From contig CAXXKA010000008.1 of assembly GCA_963668625.2 (NCBI GenBank), positions 512,001 through 576,000 of the forward strand: DNA of 64,000 bases, given 5' to 3'. This DNA is from an uncultured candidate division Zixibacteria bacterium (GTDB lineage Bacteria; Zixibacteria; MSB-5A5; UBA10806; 4484-95). Below, one piece after another: positions 10,078-19,845 of the stretch; within the stretch, counting starts at the first letter, position 1; each line of letters opens with the position of its first letter. The notes under the pieces are model-generated. The model was not told where the DNA came from. It saw nothing but the letters and a program-made list of their open reading frames with translations, and did not search any database. Both the position numbers and the translations under genes were made by a program.

Positions 10078-11166
10078 TCACTTCAGATAAAATATCAGGG
10101 ATAAAGCGCATTGAAAAAAGTCGTAATCATAATAATCGTCATCAGAGTTGTTAGAATAATACCCGGCTGATAGTTCAACTTTCAACGCTCGGAAATATCT
10201 GGCGGTCAGATTTATCTGCTTGTCTAATTGCGTGTCTACCGACCAGCCGTCATCGTTGCGAGTACTTATTCCGGTCAACCAGGGTAACTCCTCCTGCTGG
10301 GCCTCGCTATAGCTAAATTTCCTATTCCAGTATTTAATATTAGTGATATTGATAACTCCCCAGGGAAATATTCGTTTCAGGAAACCGTGAAGTTGATAAC
10401 CATCCCAGGGATCCCAATAGGGAGTAATGCCGCTCAAGATATAATAACTCGAAAGCGGCCTCGTACCGTTTCCGGTAAACCTGATTGCGGTAGCGGCGCT
10501 TACACCGGTTCTGATATCGATAGACTGCGAAAGCTTGAACTCGAGATCGAGCCAGTCAACCTTGCTATCATCTATTTTAAAATACCTTCGATAGAATTCG
10601 GCTTTTGCCCTGACAGTCGTTCGGGTGGGCAGCGTTTTAATTATCGTGCTTTTAACTTTATGTTCGGTATGATTGAGATTGTCGAACCCGGAATACTCGG
10701 ATCTTTTCAGTCGATAGGCCAGCCCGCCCCGTAAGCCCGTAATTATGCAATACGAGATATCACCGCTAAGAAATATATTGTAATTATCGTAATCGGAATT
10801 AGCCTCTGTATAGTCGCGGTATGTTCCGGCGAGGTCTACCGACCATTTGAGTTTATCACTAACCAATTTCCTGAAAACGGAAATTCCCGCCAGATGGTTA
10901 AACTGGTTTATACTATTGCGATCGCTATACCTGTAATAAGTCAGATCGTAATATGTCTTAAGTCGAGTATTGTCAAATTGAATATTCGTCAGTGAAAGAC
11001 CGCCGTATAAGTAGCTATCGCCAAGGCTGAAACTATCGGCATAGAGGTTGCTCGAATAGCCTCCTCCCGACTCGACGGATATGCCGGTATAACCGTAACT
11101 GACATTATTAAATCCCAGTATCAGAAATATTATCGATACCGCGTTGAGATATTTTCTTATTGTCAA
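10078..11166 (-). CDS. Putative outer-membrane beta-barrel protein
   Basis: TTG start; signal peptide; Tyr-rich alternating amphipathic strands; C-terminal strand ALSLIFYLK; 44 bp downstream of the 11210-11914 gene. Confidence 0.6.
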   Translation of the reverse strand: MTIRKYLNAVSIIFLILGFNNVSYGYTGISVESGGGYSSNLYADSFSLGDSYLYGGLSLTNIQFDNTRLKTYYDLTYYRYSDRNSINQFNHLAGISVFRKLVSDKLKWSVDLAGTYRDYTEANSDYDNYNIFLSGDISYCIITGLRGGLAYRLKRSEYSGFDNLNHTEHKVKSTIIKTLPTRTTVRAKAEFYRRYFKIDDSKVDWLDLEFKLSQSIDIRTGVSAATAIRFTGNGTRPLSSYYILSGITPYWDPWDGYQLHGFLKRIFPWGVINITNIKYWNRKFSYSEAQQEELPWLTGISTRNDDGWSVDTQLDKQINLTARYFRALKVELSAGYYSNNSDDDYYDYDFFQCALSLIFYLK

Positions 11167-11209
11167 ATTATTAGCCCGGATTAATCAGGTTGCACAATTT
11201 TGTCAGCAT

Positions 11210-11914
11210 TTAACGCCCGCCCTTTTTATTCTGATTCCCGGAGCGTTTGCTGTTATCCTTATTTTGCCCTCTTTTATCATTTTTTTCGGACTGCTTTATA
11301 GTCCTGCGATCGCCGGTGTTATCGGTCGTGCTATTTTTGGCTTTGCGTTGGCTTTGCTGGATATTGCCATCCGAACCGGCGGATCCAACATCCGACCCGC
11401 CAGCCAATTTGCCGTTGCCCCCTCCATGGTCGCCGGACCCTCCTTGTCCACTCTGTCCGCCGCCATCACCATCGCCCTCGTTGCCGCTGCCGGAGTTGCC
11501 GCGATGACCGCCCCGCCCATCACCCTGACCGTGACCGGTGCTATCACGAGGGCCGTATTGCCCCGGTTCGCCGTAATGGTTTTCCTGCTGGAACCGATTT
11601 CGTTCGGCCTCAATAGATTGACCATACATATAGCGATGCATATACAAACTCTCCGCCGAATGTCCTTTGAAATCGGGATCGATAGCGTTGGGGATGCCAT
11701 CTCCATCATCATCCGGCATGAGATCGTTGAAACCGTCGCCGTCCTCATCGATAAACTGCCCTACCCGGCCTTTACCTTTAGCCTCGCCTTTTTTCTGCGC
11801 CAGCGAGGGTTCTACGAATAAGACCAGGCAAAACAGGGCCGCTATAACGGCTACTATCGACTTACGGAACATATCACCCGTCTTGTTTTCATCTTCTTTG
11901 TTCTCATTTCTCAT
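11210..11914 (-). CDS. Secreted protein with DxDxDG (thrombospondin type 3-like) acidic motif and Gly-rich disordered tail
   Basis: Signal peptide (possible start MFRKS); FIDEDGDGFNDLMPDDDGDGIPNAIDPDF; G/S/D-rich then K/N-rich tail; paralog of 15652-16110. Confidence 0.75.
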   Translation of the reverse strand: MRNENKEDENKTGDMFRKSIVAVIAALFCLVLFVEPSLAQKKGEAKGKGRVGQFIDEDGDGFNDLMPDDDGDGIPNAIDPDFKGHSAESLYMHRYMYGQSIEAERNRFQQENHYGEPGQYGPRDSTGHGQGDGRGGHRGNSGSGNEGDGDGGGQSGQGGSGDHGGGNGKLAGGSDVGSAGSDGNIQQSQRKAKNSTTDNTGDRRTIKQSEKNDKRGQNKDNSKRSGNQNKKGGR

Positions 11915-11944
11915 TTTTCTATCCCCCTTTACACATTAGTACTA

Positions 11945-11960
11945 TACAAAACTAATGCCA
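11945..11960 (-). promoter_or_regulatory. Sigma-54 (-24/-12) promoter
   Basis: Minus strand TGGCATTAGTTTTGTA (GG-N10-GT variant of TGGCAC-N5-TTGC), ~30 bp upstream of the 11914 start and next to an NtrC-family gene. Confidence 0.65.
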
Positions 11961-12059
11961 CGAACGCCGGAAATCGCCTCCTGTAAGAGCTTATATATCA
12001 ACAGGGTATATTCTGCAATCGATTGCAATATCAAGATGGCGGAATTTAACGACCTCGGT

Positions 12060-12094
12060 GTCGAATAATTCGTAGATATTGTCGAAAATGTTTC
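12060..12094. promoter_or_regulatory. Candidate enhancer (UAS) for the NtrC-family regulator
   Basis: GTCGAATAATTCGTA-GATATT-GTCGAA; the core AATTCGTA-N6-GTCGAA recurs at 16241-16260. Confidence 0.5.
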
Positions 12095-12100
12095 TGTTAC

Positions 12101-13462
12101 TCACTCTTTCATGCCCCATTTTTTCAACCTGTCCCGGATGTTTTTCTCCGAAATCCCCAGGGCTCTGGCCGCCCGGCTTTGATTGTTGCCTGTGCTTCTC
12201 AGGGCCTCCATCACCAGCTTTTTCTCGATTATTTCCAGCTTAACCGGTAGCGGGTCGTTTTCAGCATAGGTGTACATCCCGTTTTTAGAATGGAACGAGT
12301 AGGGTAAATCATCAATATCGATAGCCTGGTTGCGGGTTAACACCACCGAGGCTTCGATCGCATTTTCCAACTCGCGGACATTGCCGGGGTAATGATGTTT
12401 CAGAAGGGCGTCACGGGCCGCTGAGGTGAAGCCTTTTACCTGTTTGGAATTTTTCAATGTATAGATTTTCAGGAAATGCTCAGCTAAGGGGATAATGTCT
12501 GTTTTTCTCTGGCGAAGCGGCGGGATATTTATACCTATCACGTTCAACCGGAAAAATAAATCCTCGCGGAATTTGCCTTCTTTTACCATCTGCTCCAGGT
12601 TTTGATGAGTTGCTGCTATTATCCTGATATCGAGTTTCATGCTTTCGGCGGCCCCCAGTCGTTCGACCGTGCCCTCCTGCAAAAAACGTAACAACTTGGG
12701 TTGCAGCACATGGGGCATATCGCCTATCTCATCGATGAAAAGCGTGCCGCTATCGGCCAGTTCGAGCTTACCTTTTCGCATGCTGACGGCCCCGGTAAAC
12801 GCTCCGGCCTCGTGACCGAACATCTCGCTTTCCAACAGTGACTCCGGTATGGCCGCGCAATTGACTATAACCAGCGGCTTTTCCGCTCTGGGCGAGCCGT
12901 AATGAATTGCCCGCGCAATCCTTTCCTTACCGGTACCGGACTCTCCCTGGATGAGCACGGAGGCGGTGGTTGGCGCTACCCGTCCCACTATATTTAGTAC
13001 CTCCTCCATTTCCAGCGAGGAGGATATAATGCCTTTATATTCGCCGTTGGCCTGAATCAGCTCTTTAAGCTGCTTGTTTTCGACTATAAGGCGTCTGTTT
13101 TCCAGCGCTTTTATTATGCTGATCTCCAACTGATCCAGATCGATCGGTTTGGTAAGGTAATTATAAGCGCCTTTACGCATGGCTAAAACCGCGTCATCTA
13201 TCGAGCCGAAGGCGGTCATGAGTATGAATGTTATATCCGGGACAATCTCGCGGGCTTTATCCTGAAGTTCCAAACCGGTCATTCCCGGCATCCTGATATC
13301 CGAGATCACCAGGTCGATCGTTTCATTTTTTATTTGATCTAACGCCTGTTTACCATCGGGACACTCTATGATCTCGTAGCCGGCTTTCTTGATAAATCCG
13401 GCGATCGCCACACGTTGGCTTTGCTCGTCATCAACCAATAATATTTTCGCTTTAGCGTTCAA
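12101..13462 (-). CDS. Sigma-54-dependent response regulator (NtrC/ZraR/AtoC family)
   Basis: REC (ILLVDD, DIRMPG, KP), AAA+ [43 protein letters not shown], Fis-type HTH; likely TTG start at 13462 overlapping the kinase stop. Confidence 0.93.
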   Translation of the reverse strand: MNAKAKILLVDDEQSQRVAIAGFIKKAGYEIIECPDGKQALDQIKNETIDLVISDIRMPGMTGLELQDKAREIVPDITFILMTAFGSIDDAVLAMRKGAYNYLTKPIDLDQLEISIIKALENRRLIVENKQLKELIQANGEYKGIISSSLEMEEVLNIVGRVAPTTASVLIQGESGTGKERIARAIHYGSPRAEKPLVIVNCAAIPESLLESEMFGHEAGAFTGAVSMRKGKLELADSGTLFIDEIGDMPHVLQPKLLRFLQEGTVERLGAAESMKLDIRIIAATHQNLEQMVKEGKFREDLFFRLNVIGINIPPLRQRKTDIIPLAEHFLKIYTLKNSKQVKGFTSAARDALLKHHYPGNVRELENAIEASVVLTRNQAIDIDDLPYSFHSKNGMYTYAENDPLPVKLEIIEKKLVMEALRSTGNNQSRAARALGISEKNIRDRLKKWGMKE

Positions 13463-15176
13463 CTGGAAACTCCATTCTGAAAATCGTTCCACCGGTTGGA
13501 TTGTCCAACACCTCTACTGTGCCTCCATGCTCCTTTACAGTCATTAGAACCGAGGGTAACCCCATGCCGGTGCCGGTATCCTTGGTGGTGAAATACATAT
13601 CGAATATCCTGCTTTTCAAGTCATCGGCTATTCCCGGCCCGTTATCGGCTATCTCGATGTAGATATAATCCTTTTCGGAGTAAGCTTTTACCGTGATCAC
13701 GCCATTATCTTCGACGGCATCGAGAGCGTTTTCCAGTATATTAAGTATCGCCTGCCCGCACAGGGTCGAATCGATATTCGAATCGGGCAACGTATCGAGA
13801 TCATTTATGATTTTGATATTTTTTTGACTGGCCCTTGGCATGAATAGATTTAGCACTTCGCGCAAGCAATCGTTAATGTTACCTCGTGTTTTATTCAATG
13901 CCGGCGGGCGAGCCATTTTAAGGAATTGGCCTATCGATTCGTTAATCCTGTCTGTTTCGCGTTTTACCACGTTGGTTAGCTCCAGGTATTCCTCGTTATC
14001 CGCTTGCGGCGTAAACTCTCGCTGCAAGCGCTGCACGATTACCCTGATAGCGTTTAACGGGTTTCTTATCTCATGCGCGACACCGCCGGCCAATTCCCCC
14101 ATCGAGGCCAGCCTGGCTTTGATTGCTTTATCGGCCTCGAGTTTCTGTACCTCGTCTTTTATCTCATCGTATCTTTCGGCAATTATTCTGTAATTGTTCC
14201 AGATAACTACCCCGATAACCGCTACCAGGGTGATCATCAATCCGAATATGGAGTGCCAGAACACATCCCTGACCAGTTTGGCGTTGAGCATTTCCAATAC
14301 GACAGTGTTCATCCCAATGACGATATCGCCGTAATATTGACCGGAAACATAAAACGGGCCTTTTGCCTCATATACTTTATATGATTCATTATCGTTATCG
14401 TTATTGGTTAGAGTAATAATTCTGGTCATTACCGAATCGCTGTTGCCGCTGCCGGTGATATACCAGTCATCGCTTTGATCGAAAGGGAAACTGCTCGTGG
14501 CGGCGATAGTGAATCCATTGCTGAATATACCGGCGTAATGTACGCCCGTGTTACGTGATAAGTCCTCGATTATACTGCCGGTACCGAAAGCCCGTCTTTT
14601 ATTTTGAAGTTCATCCGGGTCGACTCCGATCATTACTATTTCACCATTGGGATTTTTTTGAAGAACTGCGAATAGCCTGTGGTCTGAAGTTACTCCGTCA
14701 ATAAATCCCGGGATGGCCCTGTTGTTTTCGCTTTCCGATAAGGGGACTATATAGTTCCTCATAAAGAGCGTATCCGGTATTTTTGATGATTTCCCAGGGT
14801 AGGTTCGCAAGGGCTTCCCCGATTTATTGAATATCATGAATTCCTTAATATTGTTTTCCGATATGAATCGCTTAGTGTATTCGGAATCGACTCTTTTGAA
14901 TCGATCATCCCGGCCAACGATGTTTGCCAGCACGAACAACTTTCCGGTTACCTGTTCCTGAAGGCTCTGGTAGGCTATCAATCCTTTTTCACCGGCGCCG
15001 GCTATGCTGGTTATCAATATCTCTGACTGGGAACGAAAGAGGTCCAAAATCGCCTTACGGCTGAACCTGTATTCAAGATAAGATTGGCCAATGGTGATTA
15101 GCATCAGTATCACGCCCGGCAAAACCAACAACCTGGTATAGAATTTTAAATTTTTCATACGCTTCACTTGTTTCAT
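13452..15176 (-). CDS. Membrane sensor histidine kinase (ZraS/AtoS-like)
   Basis: Two TM segments around a large periplasmic domain; H-box AHEIRNPL; N-box NILENA; DNGPG, FTTK, GTGMGL. Confidence 0.92.
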   Translation of the reverse strand: MKQVKRMKNLKFYTRLLVLPGVILMLITIGQSYLEYRFSRKAILDLFRSQSEILITSIAGAGEKGLIAYQSLQEQVTGKLFVLANIVGRDDRFKRVDSEYTKRFISENNIKEFMIFNKSGKPLRTYPGKSSKIPDTLFMRNYIVPLSESENNRAIPGFIDGVTSDHRLFAVLQKNPNGEIVMIGVDPDELQNKRRAFGTGSIIEDLSRNTGVHYAGIFSNGFTIAATSSFPFDQSDDWYITGSGNSDSVMTRIITLTNNDNDNESYKVYEAKGPFYVSGQYYGDIVIGMNTVVLEMLNAKLVRDVFWHSIFGLMITLVAVIGVVIWNNYRIIAERYDEIKDEVQKLEADKAIKARLASMGELAGGVAHEIRNPLNAIRVIVQRLQREFTPQADNEEYLELTNVVKRETDRINESIGQFLKMARPPALNKTRGNINDCLREVLNLFMPRASQKNIKIINDLDTLPDSNIDSTLCGQAILNILENALDAVEDNGVITVKAYSEKDYIYIEIADNGPGIADDLKSRIFDMYFTTKDTGTGMGLPSVLMTVKEHGGTVEVLDNPTGGTIFRMEFPVER

Positions 15177-15544
15177 AATCTAAAATATTTAACGGCTTTT
15201 CGTCGAATTTATCAAGTAATAAAACCATCTTGCTTTCCCCGAATTACAGTGGCCTGTCGACATTCCCGCCTGCTATTTGAGGATGATATTTTGGGTCGCC
15301 GGGGTAGATGAGGAGGGTTTGTCTTAAAAGGACATTCCTTGTTTTCTACTGGCCTGGTTATGTTAACACTCGCGGGAATAGGTCACTGGGCTGTCCGAAC
15401 TCACGCGCATACATCGTTAGCCGATCGCCCCCATCCCCGGACAACACTGGCGTGACTGATCTTATATCCCCGCTTATCAATATTTTTGATACAGCTCAGA
15501 ATATCTGCCGACCGTGATGACTTTTGTATGTTTTCACCAACGAA

Positions 15545-15579
15545 TAAAAAGCGCCAACCGTCAAAGACAGTCGGCGCTT
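15545..15579 (-). terminator. Rho-independent terminator of the 15652-16110 gene
   Basis: Minus strand AAGCGCCGACTGTC-TTT-GACGGTTGGCGCTTTTT. Confidence 0.7.
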
Positions 15580-15651
15580 CCCCATTGTGCAACCGGGATG
15601 GGAATACATCCGGTTATTTGCCGTTTACTTTATTATGTGGAGGTAAAGCAA

Positions 15652-16110
15652 TTACGGCCTGTGGGGACCATCACCGTCACAATCGCCATCGCCCCCCGGG
15701 CCATTGCCGGTACCATCTTGCGGACCATTGCCGCCGTTACCTGTGCCATCACCGGGACCGTAACCATTACCGGGCCCGAATCCTATAACATCCCCGGAGA
15801 CTCCGCTTAACCACTGGTACATGTTGCGATACCAATTCTTGTTACCGCCGTTTACCTCGGGTTCGCCGGGGTTACCATGACGGTTACCTGAACCATCCTG
15901 CGGCCTGACATAATCGGGGTCCTGTCCATTGGGAATTCCGTCGCCGTCATGATCTGGGGCCAGGTCATTAAAACCATCACCGTCATTGTCGACGAAGTCC
16001 CTGACTCTGTAACCGTTGCCACGGTCTTGAGCAGAGGCGGTATCTGTTCCGATCATAACCACCATCAGCACCAGAGCTAAAATTGCTAGAGTTGAAGTTA
16101 GAGTTTTCAT
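15652..16110 (-). CDS. Secreted small protein with DxDxDG acidic motif and G(Y/N)GP.DGTG Gly-rich repeats
   Basis: AAGGAGAGG SD; signal peptide ending ASA; FVDNDGDGFNDLAPDHDGDGIPNGQDPDY; tail GPGNGYGPGDGTGNGGNGPQDGTG. Confidence 0.8.
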   Translation of the reverse strand: MKTLTSTLAILALVLMVVMIGTDTASAQDRGNGYRVRDFVDNDGDGFNDLAPDHDGDGIPNGQDPDYVRPQDGSGNRHGNPGEPEVNGGNKNWYRNMYQWLSGVSGDVIGFGPGNGYGPGDGTGNGGNGPQDGTGNGPGGDGDCDGDGPHRP

Positions 16111-16152
16111 TAAACCTCTCCTTGTTTTGTTTTAAATCTGATAAACTCCTTA

Positions 16153-16168
16153 TGCAAAGCTCATGCCG
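16153..16168 (-). promoter_or_regulatory. Sigma-54 (-24/-12) promoter
   Basis: Minus strand CGGCATGAGCTTTGCA, GG-N10-GC near-consensus, ~45 bp upstream of the ATG at 16110. Confidence 0.75.
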
Positions 16169-16240
16169 AATCGATAAGGTTTTATGTAACATGATATCTA
16201 ACCATCGATTAGCTAGATACTGAAATTATACCAATATTGA

Positions 16241-16270
16241 AATTCGTAATTTTAGTCGAAGAGTTTCGAC
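16241..16270. promoter_or_regulatory. Candidate enhancer (UAS) palindrome
   Basis: AATTCGTA-ATTTTA-GTCGAA-GAGT-TTCGAC; perfect palindrome GTCGAA-N4-TTCGAC ~90 bp upstream of the -24 element. Confidence 0.55.
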
Positions 16271-16563
16271 TGTGTGGACGAGTTATTGAGGAATCTCATA
16301 TAATACTCTTACATATCATATACTTTATAATAAGATATTTATTCGGTTGATTGTTTATAATCATATATACGAATATTATATATGTAATTAAAATATGAAA
16401 TATAGTGATAATCGAGTAAAGAAAAATGTGCCTGGTAAAATAACGGACAAGATACTTGAGATTATCTTTCTTGACTTTTCCTCGTAGCATTTTTATACTA
16501 AGCTCGATTGCGAATCGCATCATAGTTGAAATAATTATATATAAACACCTTTTGAGGAATAGT

Positions 16564-17310
16564 ATGCGAATTATAGAGGTGACTCCCGGCAATATCGATG
16601 AATTCGGAATTGCCTGCGTGAAAAATCAGAAACATATCGGTTATCCCGTTAAACGAGATTGGTATATCAATAATTATAAGGATGGCTTGCGTATTCAGCT
16701 ATTGTATGACAGCAAAACGGCCTGCGGTATGATCGAATACCTACCGGCAGAATACGCCTGGCGTCCGGTTTCCGCCCCGGGATGTATGTTCATTCACTGT
16801 ATCTGGGTCTATCCCAAGAAAAATCAAGGCAAGGGGCACGGCTCCGCGTTGGTGCAAGCTTGCTTGAAAGATGCCGAGCGAGCAAAGATGAAAGGAGTGG
16901 TCACGGTTGCCAGTGATGGTTCGTGGGTTGCCGATAGGCGGCTGTATGAAAAAAACGGTTTCGAACTCATCGAGAGTCGGGATCGGTTCGATTTGATGTA
17001 TTATCATATTAATGGGAAGTCCATCCCGGAATTTCTTGCCTGGGAGACCAATCAAAAAAAATATGAGGGCTTGAATCTGGTATATGCGGCTCAATGCCCT
17101 TATTTCCATAAAGTCGCTGGAGAGCTGGCCGAGACGGCCAGGGAGTATGGAGTCGAGTTGAATATTGTCGAGCTAAAGACAGCCAAACAGGCGCAATCTG
17201 CGCCCTCGGGCTACGGCACATTCAGCCTGATTTACAACGGCAGGCTGTTGGAGGATCACTATATATCGAAATCGCGGTTTAGGAATATATTGACTAAAGA
17301 GATAGGCTGA
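16564..17310 (+). CDS. GNAT acetyltransferase with C-terminal YoaP-like domain
   Basis: ATG at 16564 after GAGGA; GMIEYLP, FIHCIWV...QGKGHGSAL (acetyl-CoA loop), QCPY, AQSAP...FSLIYNG. Confidence 0.85.
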   Translation: MRIIEVTPGNIDEFGIACVKNQKHIGYPVKRDWYINNYKDGLRIQLLYDSKTACGMIEYLPAEYAWRPVSAPGCMFIHCIWVYPKKNQGKGHGSALVQACLKDAERAKMKGVVTVASDGSWVADRRLYEKNGFELIESRDRFDLMYYHINGKSIPEFLAWETNQKKYEGLNLVYAAQCPYFHKVAGELAETAREYGVELNIVELKTAKQAQSAPSGYGTFSLIYNGRLLEDHYISKSRFRNILTKEIG

Positions 17311-17765
17311 CTCACCGAGATTTGACTGCCGGCAAGGAGATCAGTGATTATTCCCAACTTTGAATTAGACAGAAATCTCTTAATCTCCCGAAGCATCCTA
17401 TTAATTGACTCTAATATCGCCAACGACGTGCGTTATCGAATTGGCTATATCGAATAAGAGTGAGGCAGATGATTAGATTCAAGCTATCCTGGATGTTATA
17501 GCTACCGAAGAATTGCCATAGCCTGATGTATCGACCCTCAGCTTTTGCGTATTATCATCTTAATCGGATCGATTCGTACTAGATTGTTTCAGTATAGCAA
17601 TTGGGAAAAAGCAGGAAATGATCTAATGAAACGCCCTGCTAGAAGAACTTGTAGCATACCATATCCTTCTACTCACCATAATCCTATGCCTGTTTTATAG
17701 TTGGTTTATTCAACGATAGCTCAGGTGTATAATCTCTCATTCATACACTCCAAACAACATACCTG

Positions 17766-17793
17766 TTGACATCCCTATAAATAAAGGTATCTT
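17766..17793 (+). promoter_or_regulatory. Putative sigma-70 promoter of lepA
   Basis: TTGACA-N16-TATCTT about 105 bp upstream of the ATG. Confidence 0.4.
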
Positions 17794-17898
17794 CACTGCC
17801 GAATTGATAGTTAGGATAATGGTACTTCCCCTAAAAAGAGGAATTATCGCCAGTTAAACAAAAGGCGTATGTGATACGACCCTGTGGGTGAATAAATA

Positions 17899-19704
17899 AT
17901 GGCTGACTCGATGAAAAACCTTCGGAATTTTTGCATAATCGCGCATATCGATCATGGTAAGTCTACCCTGGCCGATCGATTCCTCGAGGTTACCGGCACT
18001 ATCGAGTCGCGTAAAATGAAAAAACAAATCCTCGATTCGATGGACCTGGAACAGGAACGCGGCATAACTATCAAATCGCACGCTATCAGGATGAATTATA
18101 CCGCCCGGGATGGCAAACCCTACGTTTTAAACCTGATCGATACGCCCGGGCATGTCGATTTCACATATGAGGTTTCACGCTCCTTGATGGCCTGCGAGGG
18201 GGCTTTGCTCATCGTAGATGCCACCCAGGGGATCGAGGCGCAGACGATATCGAACCTGTACATGGCAATCGAGGAGGACCTGACTATCATTCCGGTGATA
18301 AACAAGATAGACCTTCCCGCCGCCGAACCCGAGCGCGTGAGCGAGGATATAGTAAGCTTGATCGGTTGCGATCCCGAGGAGATTCTACCGGTCTCGGCTA
18401 AAGTCGGTACCGGAGTTGAGGATATTTTGGAGGCTATTGTCGAGCGCATCGAACCGCCCTCCGGCGACCCGGACGCATCTCCGCGGGCGTTGATATTCGA
18501 TTCGGCGTTCGATACTTATCGCGGCGCGGTAGCCTATGTACGCGTCATCGATGGCACTTTTCATAGACGAGACTGGGCGAAATTCTTCTCACATAATAAG
18601 CAATATGAAATCGATGAGCTGGGGTACCTGGTTTTAAAATACATACCGCAACCAAAACTCTGTGCCGGCGAGGTCGGCTATATAATAGGAAATATACGGC
18701 AGGTGGCCGATACCCGGGTGGGCGATACGATTACCACTAAGGTGAAACCGGCAAAAGAGCCGTTGCCGGGTTTCAAAGAGTCCAAGCCGATGGTGTTTTC
18801 GGGAATCTTCCCGACCGTTGCCGAAAGTTTCGAGGAGTTACGGGATGCCATCTCGAAACTTCAGTTAAACGATGCCTCCCTGGTGTACGAACCGGAGACC
18901 TCCAACGCCTTGGGGTTCGGTTTCAGATGCGGTTTCCTTGGCCTTCTGCATATGGAGATTATCCAGGAGCGTCTTTCGCGCGAGTACGATATTCCCATTA
19001 TCACCACCGTACCCAGCGTGAAATACAGAGTAACCATGAAAACCGGCGAGGTTATCGAAGTGGATAATCCCTCGAATATGCCCGATCCGATGGAGTTCGA
19101 GTATATCGAGGAACCATACGTGCGGGCCTCGATTATCACACCCAGTGAGTATATCGGTAATCTCATGAAACTGTGCCTGGAACGTCGGGCTATCTATCTC
19201 AACACCGAGTACATAGATCCTACCCGCGCTAGCCTTCGTTATGATATACCGCTTTCCGAGATAATTTTCGATTTCTTCGACAGGCTCAAATCCGTATCGC
19301 GTGGTTACGCTTCTCTCGACTACGAGTTTCACGAGTATAAAAAATCCAAGCTCTCTCGTCTGGATATCCTTCTTAACGGCGATCCTGTCGATGCTCTTTC
19401 GGCAATCGTTCACCAGGATAAAGCCTATCAGTGGGGACGAACATTATGCGAGAAATTACGCAAAGCCATACCCCGTCAGATGTACGAGGTCGTTATCCAG
19501 GGGACAATCGGTTCTCGTATCGTTTCGCGCGAGACGATCAAGCCGCTTCGCAAAAACGTAACCGCCAAATGCTACGGCGGCGATATTACCCGTAAAAGAA
19601 AACTTCTGGAACGCCAGAAAGAAGGCAAGAAACGCATGAAACAGGTAGGCACGGTGGAGATACCTCAAGAGGCGTTTTTAGCTATTTTGCAGGTGGACAG
19701 GTAA
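17899..19704 (+). CDS. lepA: Elongation factor 4 (LepA)
   Basis: [62 protein letters not shown]. Confidence 0.99.
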   Translation: MADSMKNLRNFCIIAHIDHGKSTLADRFLEVTGTIESRKMKKQILDSMDLEQERGITIKSHAIRMNYTARDGKPYVLNLIDTPGHVDFTYEVSRSLMACEGALLIVDATQGIEAQTISNLYMAIEEDLTIIPVINKIDLPAAEPERVSEDIVSLIGCDPEEILPVSAKVGTGVEDILEAIVERIEPPSGDPDASPRALIFDSAFDTYRGAVAYVRVIDGTFHRRDWAKFFSHNKQYEIDELGYLVLKYIPQPKLCAGEVGYIIGNIRQVADTRVGDTITTKVKPAKEPLPGFKESKPMVFSGIFPTVAESFEELRDAISKLQLNDASLVYEPETSNALGFGFRCGFLGLLHMEIIQERLSREYDIPIITTVPSVKYRVTMKTGEVIEVDNPSNMPDPMEFEYIEEPYVRASIITPSEYIGNLMKLCLERRAIYLNTEYIDPTRASLRYDIPLSEIIFDFFDRLKSVSRGYASLDYEFHEYKKSKLSRLDILLNGDPVDALSAIVHQDKAYQWGRTLCEKLRKAIPRQMYEVVIQGTIGSRIVSRETIKPLRKNVTAKCYGGDITRKRKLLERQKEGKKRMKQVGTVEIPQEAFLAILQVDR

Positions 19705-19845
19705 AGTTTAATTTCTCGCGGCCGGTAAAATCCACTCGGCATTATGCTGACCCTGTTGATATTTCCAAACATGATTGCATGAAATAGATGAATGAATGTT
19801 TCGCTATCAATGGTAGCAGATTAATCCGGCGATATAGATAGAGTT

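Noticed and set aside
15225-15280. Cobalamin riboswitch-like words (GGGAA, GCCACTG, GGGAA) on the minus strand
   Set aside because: Spacing is too compressed, and the conserved core helices and B12 box cannot be built.
16296-16592. 98-aa Ile-rich ORF and the 5' extension of the GNAT ORF to 16456
   Set aside because: AT-rich divergent promoter region; the GNAT has a better ATG with SD at 16564.
17311-17898. 590-bp intergenic region as a possible ncRNA or pseudogene
   Set aside because: No convincing ORF, repeat or stable structure found by eye beyond a putative lepA promoter.
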